A DNA stretch of 64,000 nucleotides from Octopus bimaculoides (taxonomy: Eukaryota), in the NCBI RefSeq assembly GCF_001194135.2, contig NC_069001.1, forward strand, positions 33,457,559 to 33,521,558. Direction: 5' to 3'. Under the pieces are notes generated by a model that made no database searches, was not told the origin of the DNA, and worked only from the letters and a program-made list of their open reading frames with translations. Of the stretch, positions 12,561 through 25,940 are shown in pieces; the stretch's first letter is position 1; each line of letters opens with the position of its first letter. The translations under genes were made by a program, and so were the position numbers.

Positions 12561-13379
12561 TTTAGCCCCGAGGGAAATCTGGACGAGTAAACCAATTATA
12601 AAAAAAACGATCCATAAGTTAAATGCTCCAGTTTTAACTACATCGATTAGCAGCTAATATTATTTGGTTTAAACCGTCAGAGAAAGTTTTTTCATTTAAT
12701 ATTTTGTCTTCTTATCAAAAGCCTAACTACAGTTTAGCGCATCCATTTTCTCCACTTTATTTTTACGAAATTCTGCAGAAATGAATTTTTTAAGGTTTAC
12801 ATGACAATTGTCAGTTTTTGATATTTCTTCATCAAGAAAAGACATTCTTATCATTTTAACTATTTTGACAACTTGTTCATAATCTTTGAAGAACGTATGC
12901 CATTATCCTCATCGATATTATTTATTATCAATACGAAATCGGAAGGCATGATAAAATATTCTTTCTAGTTTAAGTTTTGTTTTCGACAATATAAATCGAA
13001 AGTAATCAGAAATTCGAATATTTTCCATTTGTAGGTTATAACCCAATTAAAATGTATTATTGAATTAAATTCACTACCTTATTTACTTCCATTAAACCCG
13101 TTATATTGTTAGCTGTTGGTTGACAAAAGGGAGAGTATTTAACTCAAAGATTACTCTAAATGACTTCCATTTTTTTAAAAGACAAGTAGGAAGTAACTTG
13201 AAGGATATTTGGCTTCTATTTCTTGCAAGGCGAGCGACCACATGGGCTTTAACAGTTTAATTTTGAGGTCCAGCTAAAAGCATTCAAGATGCAGATGGTG
13301 GTGGTGCGTGAATGTATATGAGTGAGAGAGAAAGAGGGAGAGAGAGGGAGGGGGGAGAGGGAGGGAGATGGGAAGAGAG

Positions 13380-13692
13380 AGCGTTCAACACTATCAAGTC
13401 GTGAACAAATTGGAAGCAGACGACACATCACGTGACTGTTATGTCAGTAGTTCTCAAATGGGGAGCTTCAGGCTTTTGAAAGAAAAATTTTAAACTTGAG
13501 AAAATTCGTAATAATGATGGAACGACTTGAAAAAAATGTTATTCACAATTTTCTTATACATAGACATATATAATTTATAAAACGAGATAAGTAAAAATTT
13601 TCTATATTTTTAACTTGAAAATAAATTTCTTTTAACTTTCATGCGATGTGTATCATGAAGTGAAAACCAAGAAGTAACGTGCTATGTCACAG
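13380..13692 (+). promoter_or_regulatory. Tandem cassette E (donor mutated)
   Basis: actatcaagtc, ATTGG, GCAGACGAC, TCACGTGA (13428). The donor position reads GAG|ATAAGT (GT changed to AT at 13587), with an alternative GT at 13591. AG at 13691-13692. Confidence 0.55.
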
Positions 13693-14489
13693 ACGTTTAG
13701 TCCCGGCAGAACTCTGAGGGAGCAGATCATTGATAAAATGCGATCCACCATGACTATTCTATATTTTAAGTAGTGCATTTAAGACTATGTTATTTAATGT
13801 ATCCATCCCTCCCTTTTTTAAAAGACATAAGGAATGATTTAAAGATACTTGGCTGCTGTTTCTAGGAGAACAAATGACTAGAAAGAGGCCTTCAAAGGTT
13901 TGCAATAGAGTCAGCTCTGCTAAAAGCACTCAATACCTAGTCAAAATTTGTGGCTTAGTAGCCAGCTTTTTTTTGGCAAAAATGTTGTATCCAAATGAAC
14001 AGAATGCAATACTTAATAAGTAATTTAGTTTATCGAATCCAGGAAGAAGGAAAGATAGAAAGTAAACTGAATTTGTGTAAAGAACTGAGTCTATTCTTTT
14101 GAGGAAAAGAACTGGACACAGAGGGAAAGAGAAATGGATATGTCGAACAAAATAGGAAGCAATGGATTAAGAGGACAAAAGGGTCAGACAATAGCGTTAA
14201 AGAGAACGGGATAACAATTTCAACGTAAAACGTGCGGACGTCACACGTTTGTTCTCAGAAACTAAAAAAAAAAAAGTTTGAAGTTAATATAAAGAAGGAG
14301 AAAAGAAAAAGACACAAAGAGCGAGAAAAGAATACATGTTGCGATGAGAGGTTGGAAACAAGTACTGTCATGGACTAAGACAGTGAACAAAAAGGGTCAG
14401 CTAAAAAAGAAAAAAAAAAGGCAAACAAAAAACGGCAAGAGACTAACATTAACAAAATGTGTGTATATGTGTGTGTGTGTGATATATAC

Positions 14490-14786
14490 AGGCGTGAAGG
14501 TGTGTGGCTTAGTGGTTAGAGTATTCAGCTAAAGGTCGTAAGTTCAATTCCTGGCGGTGCGTTGTGTCCTTCAACAAGACACTGTACCTTGCTCCAGTTC
14601 ATTGGGTTGGCAAAAATGAGTTGTACCTGTAATTCAAAGGGCCCAGCCTTGTCATATTCTGAGTCACATTGAATCTCCCTGAGAACTATGTTAAGGGTAC
14701 GTGTGTCTGTGGAGTGCTCACGAGCAGTCTGTTCCGTTGATCGGATAAACTAGAACCCCTGCCATTGTAACCGATGGGGTGCCAGT
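14490..14786 (+). mobile_element. tRNA-derived SINE family 1 copy
   Basis: Same head and core as the 9740 copy. Confidence 0.85.
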
Positions 14787-14843
14787 CATGTATATAGACA
14801 CATATATGCACATATATACACATATGCATACATAAAAATCCTT

Positions 14844-14898
<55 letters not shown>

Positions 14899-15419
14899 AA
14901 TCTTGGATTTTCTTACCCCCTACAATACTATTGGATTACCATCTCGGATTTCGCCGGCACCCTTTATTATGTATATACATATATGCATATAAATGTGTGT
15001 ATGCCCGAACTAATCATTCTTTGGTTAACCAACATGTGTAACCTTTACACTGCTATCCAAACACTTTGCTAATCAGGTTCTTGCATGAAACACTGCTAAG
15101 GTGATAGCTTGGATTTTATCTACCTCCTCACTTAATATATGTGAGTGGTTTCCTTATATGAAAACCGAACGAAGTCATTTATGTAGAATCTTGGGTATAG
15201 ATTTGACGATTTTTATGTCACCTTTTTTCCCAGAAACAGCTGGGTGAATAGCCAATGGCATTGGAGAACATAAATATTAAAGTTGTAGTTGAGAAAAAGT
15301 TAGCAGAATAGAGGACTGGATATTGGAAAAGAGATACTCATGTTGACATCATCATTACTGCTCAATGCTGTGTGAACACTAAAGGCTGTAGGACGCGACA
15401 TGGACAGCTGAAATGAAGA

Positions 15420-16020
15420 CTACAAAGCCGTGATCAGCAGAAAGGGACACAGCAAGCTTCTTTACTGCGTCTGCACACCGGAATTTATCCCTCCAGTCTT
15501 TGAACAGGGACTGAGGCTCAATTCAGATAGCTAAAGTGAAGGTGCTGGAGTGTGTAGTCAAACCCAGGCTGGAGAGGCTTGCCGCAGGAAGGCCATATAT
15601 GTGGCAGACGGATCCAGTTCTTTGCCATACCTCTGCAAAGAATCACAAGTGGTTGTCAGAGATTTCCTACGACTTCATCAACTCCAACTTCTGTCCTCCA
15701 AATTCCTCTGAATATAATCCCATGCATGGGGCGCGGTTGAGAAAAACAGCAACATTCTACTTGCAACATAAAAGCCAAGATGTAGCCAAGAAGAGGTGTT
15801 CGAAGATCTTCCCAAGAACACAATGAGAAACGTATGCACCAGGTTCTGGAACTGTCTTGAAGCCGTGGTGGCAGCTGAGAGTGGCTACTTTGAGTAAATT
15901 GTTATCTCCCAGCCATAAATTAGTTGATATATTTTGACTTAAAATGTTTTCCTTATTATTGGATGAGATATTGTTTTCTTATCTTTTTATGCAAACTGTC
16001 AAATTTAGCCTGAACACTAT
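15420..16020 (+). mobile_element. Tc1/mariner (maT/DD37D-like) 3' remnant
   Basis: FEQGLRLNS..VKVLECVVKPRLERLAAGRPYMWQ...CHTS...WLSE...PPNS..NPM. TIR-like 3' end aaactgtcaaatttagcctgaacacta. Confidence 0.8.
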
Positions 16021-16178
16021 GTGAAGAAACTATTAGTAGCTCTTATACCTATACACACACATATACTATACATACACTATATATATATATATATACAAAT
16101 CTATATCTATATATAAATATATGCATATATCTAATAGATACATACACATATATATGCATACATGTGTGTGTAATTATA

Positions 16179-17330
16179 CAAAGGTCGACTGAAAAGTTCA
16201 TAGGCTGAACAAGATACCCTCATGGAATGTGGCCAATTTTTCAACAAAGTTTCCCCTTGTGGACTACTCACTTCTTCCATCAGTGTTGCCGTGCTTGGTT
16301 CCCATTGAAGAAGTTTACAACCTGTTGTCATCAGTCTTTAGCAGATATGATGCCATCATCATTGCGATACTTGTTCCTAGTCAAGTGTATTTTTTTTCAT
16401 GTTGGGGAACAGATGATAGTCAGCTGGGTTCAAATCTAGTTGCCCAGATTAGGGAGGGTAGTTAACCAGTTCAAAATCACAGCCACGCATAGCAGCCATT
16501 GAAATGAAGGACTTGTATGCTGGGGGATTGTTCTCATGGAACTAGAGCCCTTTCGTCAGTTTTCATGAGCGTTTGGTCTTGATAGCCTTTTGAAACTGCT
16601 TAATACTCTCCATTGATGGTGCGGCCCTTTTGAAAATAGTCAATAAACACAATGCCTTTCGCATCCTAAAAAACTGGTGAAACAACCTTGGCCTTCTTTG
16701 AAGTAGGTGAAGTAAGTTTCCACTGCATGGATTGTCTCTTTGTTTCTCGCTCAAAGTGATGAGGCCAACACTCATCCTGGGCTAGAAAATGTTCAAAGAA
16801 ACTAGCTGGATCTGTCTCAAACAATGTCAGATTTTCTCATGATGTGATCAGCTTGGTGCGCTTTTGATCAGGTGTCAGAAGAGGTGACACCCATCGAACA
16901 GAAACTTTCGTCATACCTGTCATCCATCACTAGGTGCTTTCCTCAGTGGTAGCTGTTGCAGGACATCAGACCTTGGGTGATCTTCAACACTCTCCCTTCC
17001 CATCCTAATTTCAGTTGCCCACTTTTGCACTGATGATAAAGCTACGGTGTCGTTCCCTAATATAACAACAATGTCAGCATGAGTGTCCTTGAAGGCTAAA
17101 CCCCTTTTCTGCAGGCACTTGATAACATGACGATGCCAAATTTTGTCCATTTTCAAGATAAGTTGCTACTAGTTGTTTTTGAAGTCTTCTTTGAACAGTC
17201 AGATGTCAGTTTACCTGGAAAGAAACAATGCAGTTATTAATAAGAAGGGTTGAAATTAATGCATGCGAGATTTCACAGGTATAGCGTCACTCCTTCATAG
17301 TCAGCCTATGAACCTTTCAGCCCACCCTCG
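16179..17330 (-). mobile_element. Full-length decayed mariner with both TIRs and TA TSD
   Basis: TA|caaaggtcgactgaaaagttcataggctga ... tcagcctatgaacctttcagcccaccctcg|TA. Broken transposase on the minus strand (MDKIWHRHVIKCLQKRGL...). Same family as 54331-55578. Confidence 0.92.
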
Positions 17331-17541
17331 TACATATATAGGAGACAGACGTCAAATGATAATGATGATGATGATATGCGTATGTATAGATATGTATTTT
17401 ATTAGCGTGTGTGTATGTGTGTGCGTGTGTGCACGTGCACACTTGTAGGGTGTATTGGTATATAAATGGATGTATGTATATACGTATACACATATATGCA
17501 CTCACATATAAACGCACACATGTATGTGTGTGTATATATAC

Positions 17542-17585
<44 letters not shown>

Positions 17586-18269
17586 GTATACATACAAGTA
17601 CACACACAGCAACCATGGTAAAAACAGACAGGGGTGACAACCCTAAAATCTTAAATGAAAATAGTATTCGGGTAATGCAGTGGAAAGGAGTCTGATGTTG
17701 ACAGTACGATGGCAAATCAGTATTCGTACTATATATTGCATATTCGAGTTTATTGAGCATAAACAATGAATGGCTTGATAACTAGAAATTATAACTTGAA
17801 AGAACCCAAGGGCACGCTAGCATGAAATGAACCTGGTACACAGTGTAGTGAGCCGAGAAATTTTAATTGTTTAAAATTACATTGATGATGATCTCCACAT
17901 ACTGGCGAGATCAGACTCACTTTCCTCTTATGGCTCACATTCTATTTTCAATTAAAATTTCCTGCCTCACAACACTAAGTACATTAGCACCGACCTTACC
18001 ATTTTGTTTTCATGCCGAGATTGTCACTGGGTATTTTCTCCTTGTCCTTATATACACCACTACCCCCATACAAACACACATTATTCCTTCCTCCCCACCA
18101 AAAATGTGCATACAATGAGAAAAAAAATGCAATATCAGATTCCATATTTATTAGAAAATGAAAACTGCAATAAATGTTACTCTCAGTTTTACGTTTCCAA
18201 AGATACACCACCCCACCACTCTCTATTTCTCTCTGTCACACTTTCTCATAAACGCGTGCGCGCATTATA

Positions 18270-18491
18270 CAGTAATCCCTCGACTATCGCGGGTATTACG
18301 TTCCACCCCCACCCCACCCTCGCGATTAGTGAAAATCCGCGAAGTAGAAACAGTACTGTATTTTAATTATTATTTTTATAATTTATATATATTTATTTTA
18401 ATATAAATGCAAAACAACACCACGGAAGAATCGACGTGGGCTTAGGTAATAAACCGCGATAGGTGAACCGCGATATGGCGAACGATTACTG
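18270..18491. mobile_element. pogo/Tigger-type MITE
   Basis: TA|CAGTAATCCCTCG..ATCGCGG left end and CCGCGATA..GCG..GATTACTG right end form terminal inverted repeats. Confidence 0.8.
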
Positions 18492-19089
18492 CGCATATAT
18501 AAACATACACTTACATACAGAAGACGCAGACATTCAGATATACACGTATACACATTGAGTATGTATGATGTAAGTCGTTAGCAAGCAATGATCTGCAGTG
18601 TCTGCCAGACGAGATACAATTCTATTCACATTCATATATTGTTCTTTCCTCCTTTAATAGCACAGGTGGTTTGTGGCGGTGAAAGTTCATCACTCTAAGA
18701 GTCAATGACCTGGTGATCGCAGACGAGAACAACGAACTTTCATGCTGACAGAAAAATAATTGATTAAGTGACAGACAAGCAAATAAAATTTAGAAATCTA
18801 CCAGACTGCTTAAAAGACGAAATATAGAATTCATGTAAAGAATTTTTTTTTTTTTTTAAATATTTCTTTCACAGTTTAAGTTGAGTTCTGTTCAATCAGT
18901 GCTGTTCTAGCCATGATCATCTCGTCTTTGTATATCCCTATCCAATGCATTTTTTCTGTATTTCAAACGAGGAGGTGTTACTTGAGGGAGATTAAGTGCA
19001 GGTTGCTAGATCAGTTTTATAAAATATAGCACACAATTTTTCAAAAACTAGCGGAATGTCTTACAGAGAAACCGAAAATGAATGTGTGC

Positions 19090-19610
19090 NNNNNNNNNNN
19101 NNNNNNNNNNNNNNNNNNNNNNNNNNNNNNNNNNNNNNNNNNNNNNNNNNNNNNNNNNNNNNNNNNNNNNNNNNNNNNNNNNNNNNNNNNNNNNNNNNNN
19201 NNNNNNNNNNNNNNNNNNNNNNNNNNNNNNNNNNNNNNNNNNNNNNNNNNNNNNNNNNNNNNNNNNNNNNNNNNNNNNNNNNNNNNNNNNNNNNNNNNNN
19301 NNNNNNNNNNNNNNNNNNNNNNNNNNNNNNNNNNNNNNNNNNNNNNNNNNNNNNNNNNNNNNNNNNNNNNNNNNNNNNNNNNNNNNNNNNNNNNNNNNNN
19401 NNNNNNNNNNNNNNNNNNNNNNNNNNNNNNNNNNNNNNNNNNNNNNNNNNNNNNNNNNNNNNNNNNNNNNNNNNNNNNNNNNNNNNNNNNNNNNNNNNNN
19501 NNNNNNNNNNNNNNNNNNNNNNNNNNNNNNNNNNNNNNNNNNNNNNNNNNNNNNNNNNNNNNNNNNNNNNNNNNNNNNNNNNNNNNNNNNNNNNNNNNNN
19601 NNNNNNNNNN
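19090..19610. other. Assembly gap (one of about 13 N runs, mostly bordered by (TA)n, (GT)n or (GA)n microsatellites)
   Basis: N runs near 282, 681, 19090, 24010, 26089, 33219, 36167, 41087, 50403, 58503 and 62494; many flanked by dinucleotide tracts. Confidence 0.98.
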
Positions 19611-19685
19611 ATTGCATTATATATAAACAATATAAGTCGGTCCGGGTTGGAACCCAGCAATAATAATAATAATAATAATAATAAT

Positions 19686-20228
19686 GAAACTGTGATTGAG
19701 GGAGAAAATGTATCGATTCTCTGGGACTTCCCCGTACATACCGACAAAACTATAAAAGCTAATAAACCGGATATTATTACAAAAGATCAGACAAAGATGT
19801 GTTTATTGACATGAGTATTCCTTGCGATCATAATATAGCGGCGAAAGAATTTGACAAGATCAGTAAATATAAAGACTTGCTAATAGAAATTTAAAAAATG
19901 TGGCATCTCAAGGCGACTACCATACCAGTGATTGTAGGATCTCTAGGAATGATAAAAAAGGTACTGAAATCTATTTGAAAATGATACCAGGCTTACCATT
20001 CTTACAGGAAGTGCAAAAAATCGTGTTAACTGGATCGACTCATGTACTGAGAAGAGCATTATCGCTGTGAAAACAACATCCATTCATGAATTTATTTATT
20101 TTTTTAAATACATATTTTACCTGTGAATTTGCGCGTGTAAACTGGAAATGCATACAATGAGCTTCTCTGCCCTAAGAGTACGGAAAACACTCGGCGAGAA
20201 ATGGAAGAAAATTTGAAGAAAGAAGAAA
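19686..20228 (+). mobile_element. 5'-truncated non-LTR retrotransposon, restriction-like endonuclease C-terminus (R4/Dong/NeSL type)
   Basis: ETVIEGENVSILWDFPVHTDKTIKANKPDII...D(M)SIPCDHNIAAKEFDKISKYKDL...MWHLKATTIPVIVGSLG...LRRALSL, stop at 20070, frameshifted. Abuts an (AAT)n tract at its 5' end. Confidence 0.88.
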
Positions 20229-20639
20229 AAAAATATTATAATATACACACACGACGAACTTCTTTCAGATTCCGTCTACCAAATCTACACACAAGCCTTT
20301 GGTCGGTCCAAAGCTATAGTAAAAGACACCTGCCCAAGGTACCGCGCAGTGGTGTACACAATTGCAGTTCACCTAGATGCTGGACCATCAGAACCTAAAA
20401 CAATTGCAGCGTGGAAGGCACATATCCGTTTAGAACACACAAAGACTCTTAGGTTGAGCATTTATTTTGGTGTCAGAATTTTCGTTGCACTAATTGCAAC
20501 TTGGTCACTGAAAAGATTCCATTGCATCTCAAATCACTGGCTAGACAAGAACATCTCTGAAATCAGAACCCAGATTTTGAGAAAATTAAAACCCGCCCAT
20601 TATAGCTGACGCATTATATTAATTAATGTACATTTCTTT

Positions 20640-21210
20640 TTTTAAGAAGGAGACAATTGTAAGTTGGAGATTTGACTGCTATTTCTAGCAGGTCGAGCGA
20701 TCACGTACGGGCTCACTCATGAACTCGCGTATGAGGATGCTGTTTAGCTCAGATTAGTCCTGAATAAGCAAACCTACATGATTAAAGATATTTCAACTAT
20801 GTCCACTCCATCTTCATTGCAATGTATGTATGACTTAGCCAATATGTCACGTCTTTAAGACGGCAGGAAGAGATTTGATTGCTATTTCTAGCAAATCGGG
20901 CGATGGATGCTCAGGCTCGCATATGATAATGTAATGGAGATACAGAAGCTTGTACAACTTGTGCCTAATGAGCCCATGATTCATTAGGAAATGAATAATC
21001 CCTGCTGGGAGTGTCTGTGTAATAATACTGACGTTATTATTTAGTCTAACTCTAATCAAGAACTCTAAGACGCAAACCATGACGCCTATCTTCTGACTAT
21101 TTATTACCTCAGACAATATACTTGTCATTAACATATTTTTAAGACAGACAGATGTAATTAGAGAAAGATTTAGATGATATTTCTAGCAGATTGAGCGACC
21201 ACTTAGAGAT
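20640..21210 (+). repeat. Three successive copies of an abundant dispersed repeat (core ttttaagac...gatttggctgctatttctagcaggtcgagcgacc)
   Basis: Core seen at about 20640, 20851 and 21135. The same family recurs more than 20 times across the window on both strands. Confidence 0.8.
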
Positions 21211-22185
21211 TTCCTCATTCTTCAATGTTAGGAAGTGGAGTACAGTGGTACTGGTGGCACTAAATATCATATTGCATATATGTATAGGCAATGATATTCA
21301 ACCCGGCACGCTGAATAAAGAGGCGCTAACGATGTTAAATCACAACAGCAGCTTTTTAAAAGTTTTATTGTATGAAAATTAGAATAAAAATTGTTTTAGA
21401 TCTGCGATGGAAACAGGCATTGCACTTTGCTGTAAAATAATACCTTTGGATCGGTGCAAGAATTAAAAAAGCAAAAGTTTTCTAAAAATCCCGTCACTTT
21501 TTGATTCTCAAAAACTTGCGACACAGTGGTTAGAAATATCCACATATAGTTATTTACAATAAAATAAATCCAGCCTACACGTTTTAAAGGGTCTTCTGAC
21601 AATATATAACAACCAATAACTGTAGATATATCAACACCTCATAGTGTTTGAGACATAGCTAGGAATATAAATGTAACTAACACTTGACGAAGTTGACTCT
21701 ACGCGGTCGCTCGACTCGTCAGAAATAAGTGAATTTTCCATCAAAATCATACACACGTCTTAAAACAAAGGAAGGATACGTTCGACAATGTTGTCCTATA
21801 AAAACAAAAGAGCTAGGTACTAACTACGAATTTACATGAGTTAACAAAGGAAACTTTAAGCAGTCATTCGATCTACTAGAATTATAAGTCAAATCTTCCT
21901 CCAATCACATCCTACTTTTTTAAATAACGGACATGATATAATGCAGTCTTGGATGCGTTATGCCTGAAGAAGCCAGGATGGTCACGATTGGACGTTTTTG
22001 ATCATAAGTCGCTTCGATCAAAACTGTCACAGAATTACTACTACGGCAAACAATTACTACTACGGCAAATTGACAGGGAAGTAAACAGTCGATTCAAAGC
22101 AAAATCAACTCCAGGGGTTAATGAACTCAGAATGTTTAGAAGCAAATACCCCACCAACATAGAAATGTAAATGCCATAAATGTAC

Positions 22186-22220
<35 letters not shown>

Positions 22221-22632
22221 TAGAAAATGAAAAACAGTTTGAGTGGAGGAGAAATGTATAACTACACAAAGAGAGAGGATGAAAAAGAAAGACAGGCAGT
22301 GTGGAGGAAACAAAGACAGGAAATAAGGAAGAGAGGGAGTGGTAAATGAAAAAAAATAATAATACTGATAAAAAGAACTAGAAACAAGGAAAAGGAATGA
22401 CAAGAGATGAGAAAGAGGACATAAAGCGAGGAGGGAGAAACATGTTTAGAACTAAGTAATTCCAGCCGTAACCACCCCGTCAGGGACGACATTATTCAAT
22501 GTTTCTTTTAAAACGATAGAGGTTCTCATTGTCTCGAGATAAATAATGTGGGATTGATGAGAGGTGGAGGAGATATAGATTTGGTGGTGAGAGGAAACAG
22601 AGAACAGTATGTACTGAGAGTGGAGTGTGAAG

Positions 22633-22670
<38 letters not shown>

Positions 22671-23967
22671 ACAAAGGAGAAAACTATGACAGGAAGATGG
22701 AGGTGCAAAGTGGACAGAAAGCGAGTGGAGTGACAGATATAAACACGAGAAGACAAAAGACAGATAAATAAAAGGAAGGTGGGGGGGTCCTATCATTGAG
22801 AGAAGGAGATTAAACAGTAGAACAGAGGGAGAAGAAAACATCAATAGAGACGGATTACACGACTGATAAACACAGCCGGATAGAATTACCAAATTCTCAA
22901 AAATTACATCTTGCCATCCTAATGGAAAATTACTACATTGGATAATGTGGTCCAAAGTATCCAAAAATACAGGATTGTCACGGTTAGTACGCTTTTGCTT
23001 ATAGATCTGCTCGATCAAGCTTGACGAGGGGACAAACAACAACGTAAACATAAACAGTGGACAGTAGTATTAGCAAGATATGAACAGATAACAAATGTGA
23101 GAGGTGGAGTAAAGTAGAATAGAGAATTAAAACAGAAAAGGGGAGAAACAGAGAAAAACGGGCAGTAGGGAAGGACACAGGAGGAAGAGATTTAGAAAGA
23201 CAAAGTCAGAATGAGAGACGTAACGATGGATTTAGAGGGGGATAAAGAACAAGAATGATAAGCATTCAGAGAGAAGTTGGGACAGATTGAATTAAAATCA
23301 GAGAAAGGATGACAAACGTCATGTATATTCCTGCATAGGCACATGGTCAGATGTTTTTTTTTCGGTGGGGTGAGGAGACCGGTATTTGATTGGTACATTT
23401 TTTATCGATCCCTGATGGATGAAAGGTAAACTCGACCGCAGAATGTACTGGCCATAACTAAATATAACAAAGTCATTTTGTCCTTCATTCTGAAGATTCC
23501 ACCTACTTCCAGGCGTTAGGATAATGATAGATGTAAAGTAAACATACAGGGGTTTGTTTTTAGTAAACTCATTTTTAGCTTCGCCACGAAAAGTAAATAG
23601 TGTAATTAAACCATGTTTTTTTTAAAAATCCAATTAACAAAAGACATTTTTTTTTGTCTTGACCACGCAGAAGCTATTTTCCAGGATGAGATTTAAAAAT
23701 ATGCTTTTCAAATGAATAAAATTAAATAAAAATAGTAAGATAACCTCACATCTCTAAGATTGATTTAAGTCACCAAGAGATAAAAACAATGACAGGTGCA
23801 ATGGGAGAAAGTTTGTGAAGGTAGGAGCATCACAAAGGCACAAAGGGAGCTACAGAGAGATGTTAGGGGAGGAAATGGATCAGAACAAATATTTTTAAAC
23901 TTTGAAGACGAAGTATTCTAATTAACGAACGAAATACATGCGCGTGCACACACACGTACAAATGTAT

Positions 23968-24009
<42 letters not shown>

Positions 24010-24382
24010 NNNNNNNNNNNNNNNNNNNNNNNNNNNNNNNNNNNNNNNNNNNNNNNNNNNNNNNNNNNNNNNNNNNNNNNNNNNNNNNNNNNNNNNNNNN
24101 NNNNNNNNNNNNNNNNNNNNNNNNNNNNNNNNNNNNNNNNNNNNNNNNNNNNNNNNNNNNNNNNNNNNNNNNNNNNNNNNNNNNNNNNNNNNNNNNNNNN
24201 NNNNNNNNNNNNNNNNNNNNNNNNNNNNNNNNNNNNNNNNNNNNNNNNNNNNNNNNNNNNNNNNNNNNNNNNNNNNNNNNNNNNNNNNNNNNNNNNNNNN
24301 NNNNNNNNNNNNNNNNNNNNNNNNNNNNNNNNNNNNNNNNNNNNNNNNNNNNNNNNNNNNNNNNNNNNNNNNNNNNNNNNNN

Positions 24383-24459
<77 letters not shown>

Positions 24460-24818
24460 TATATATGAAGTAGATTAACAAAGACTATAGTATTAGGTAG
24501 GTATTGCCCAAGGTTATAGCAACAATTAAGCTTGTTATAATACTTCGTGACTGCAAATATAGTATTAGAAATAAAGCAATGATTTGCTGTCAAAGGACTC
24601 AGTCTCAGCATTTGAATCATAAAATTCCTTCGTCATGCACTGTCTCTGTATCTGTCTGTCTGTTTCTCTCTCAGAAGTTAGCATTTATTGTCCTTTAAGA
24701 ATATATCACATCTTAGAATTGGCTGTTTTTGTCTAGCCCTAAGTCAGTCCTGATCAAGCAGACCCGTGATCAAAAACATACCTGTTGCTATCATCTTTCA
24801 GTTATTAAATGCATACAT

Positions 24819-25940
24819 ACAAGGGTTGTCCCGAAAGTAATGTAAATGAGGCATTAACTGACATAGGTCATTCAAATTGCACATGTTCCTGGAGTAACTC
24901 TTCCTCTATCTTGTTGTTTTTCAGTGCAGGTAAATAATGGGTTTCAAGCAGAAGGAGGGGTTCAGGCTGTCCGACATCTACAGCAAGCTACAAGTTGCTG
25001 AGAGATAACACCATTGGCAAGAGCAATGTGAGTAGATAGATGAAGAGGTTTAAAGACGAAAAAAAAAAATCAATATTAAAGACAAACCACGCAGTGGGGA
25101 TCATCAGCTGCGATTACTGACATGAATTGTCAACGAGAGGACGAAGTGATTCGCGCAGACAGACGAATCATTATCCCTGAGCTTGCTGTACAAGTGGACT
25201 GTAGTCAATGCGTTACAGAAAACGGTGAAAGACTAGGTATCAGAAAGTGTATACCAAGTTGGGTACCTAGGCAGATGACATCCGATTTGAAGAAGGAAAG
25301 GGTAGAAGCATTTGAACCCGATGAAGACAGGGTTTATTTTCCCCGATCTTGTGATAGGAGATGAACTGTAGCTGTATCTTCATGGTCCGGAAACGAAGGT
25401 AATGCCTCTCTTCTCCAGCGACGGCACAGAAAGTAACATTGACTGTTTTCGGAGATGACAAAGGCGTCACTGTTTTTCTACTTTCTGGAATGTGCCTATT
25501 CCGTGAACAGTGAATGGTACATCGAGACACTCGAAAAGCTTAGAGAAGCCGTTAGGAGGAAGAGACCAAATCAATAAGTAACCACACAGATTTTTGGCAA
25601 GAAATAAGGCAATCGGCAAATTTGACTGGTCATTAGTCCGCCATCAAGATCGGATCTGGCACCCTCCTACGCCCAAAGCTCGATCCGATGAGGGACTTTC
25701 TTTAGGAACAACGGTTTGATGACAAAAAGGAAGTGAGGATAGCTGTGAAGAATGCACAATACTGCACGCCTAATTTTTTTTCAAAGACAACTCGAGAGTT
25801 GTGCTAACCGATGGCGCAAATGCATCGCTCGTAACGGGGACTACGTTGGTAGTATCTTTGTGTAGAAGAAATACTCTACGAACATGAACAATGTGAACAA
25901 TCTATGTCCATTTTCGCATCACTCTCAGAACAACTTGTGT
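24819..25940 (+). mobile_element. Decayed mariner
   Basis: TA|caagggttgtcccgaaagtaatg left TIR and degenerate right TIR (catcactctcagaacaacttgtg). Remnant peptide ...IKDKPRSG...IRADRRI...SWVPRQMT... Confidence 0.85.

Noticed and set aside
9514-13760. Positionally conserved ATG 57-58 nt after the AG in cassettes A, C and E (9570, 12005, 13750), suggesting a duplicated coding exon 2
   Set aside because: The sequence after the AG is the head of the abundant dispersed repeat (…ttccagccATGacc…), so the ATG comes from the repeat. The following frames are short and unrelated. The AG itself may also be conserved only by ancestry.
20470-20560. FRCTNCNLVTEKIPLH as a C2H2 zinc finger
   Set aside because: Cys-to-His spacing is wrong and a stop follows shortly.
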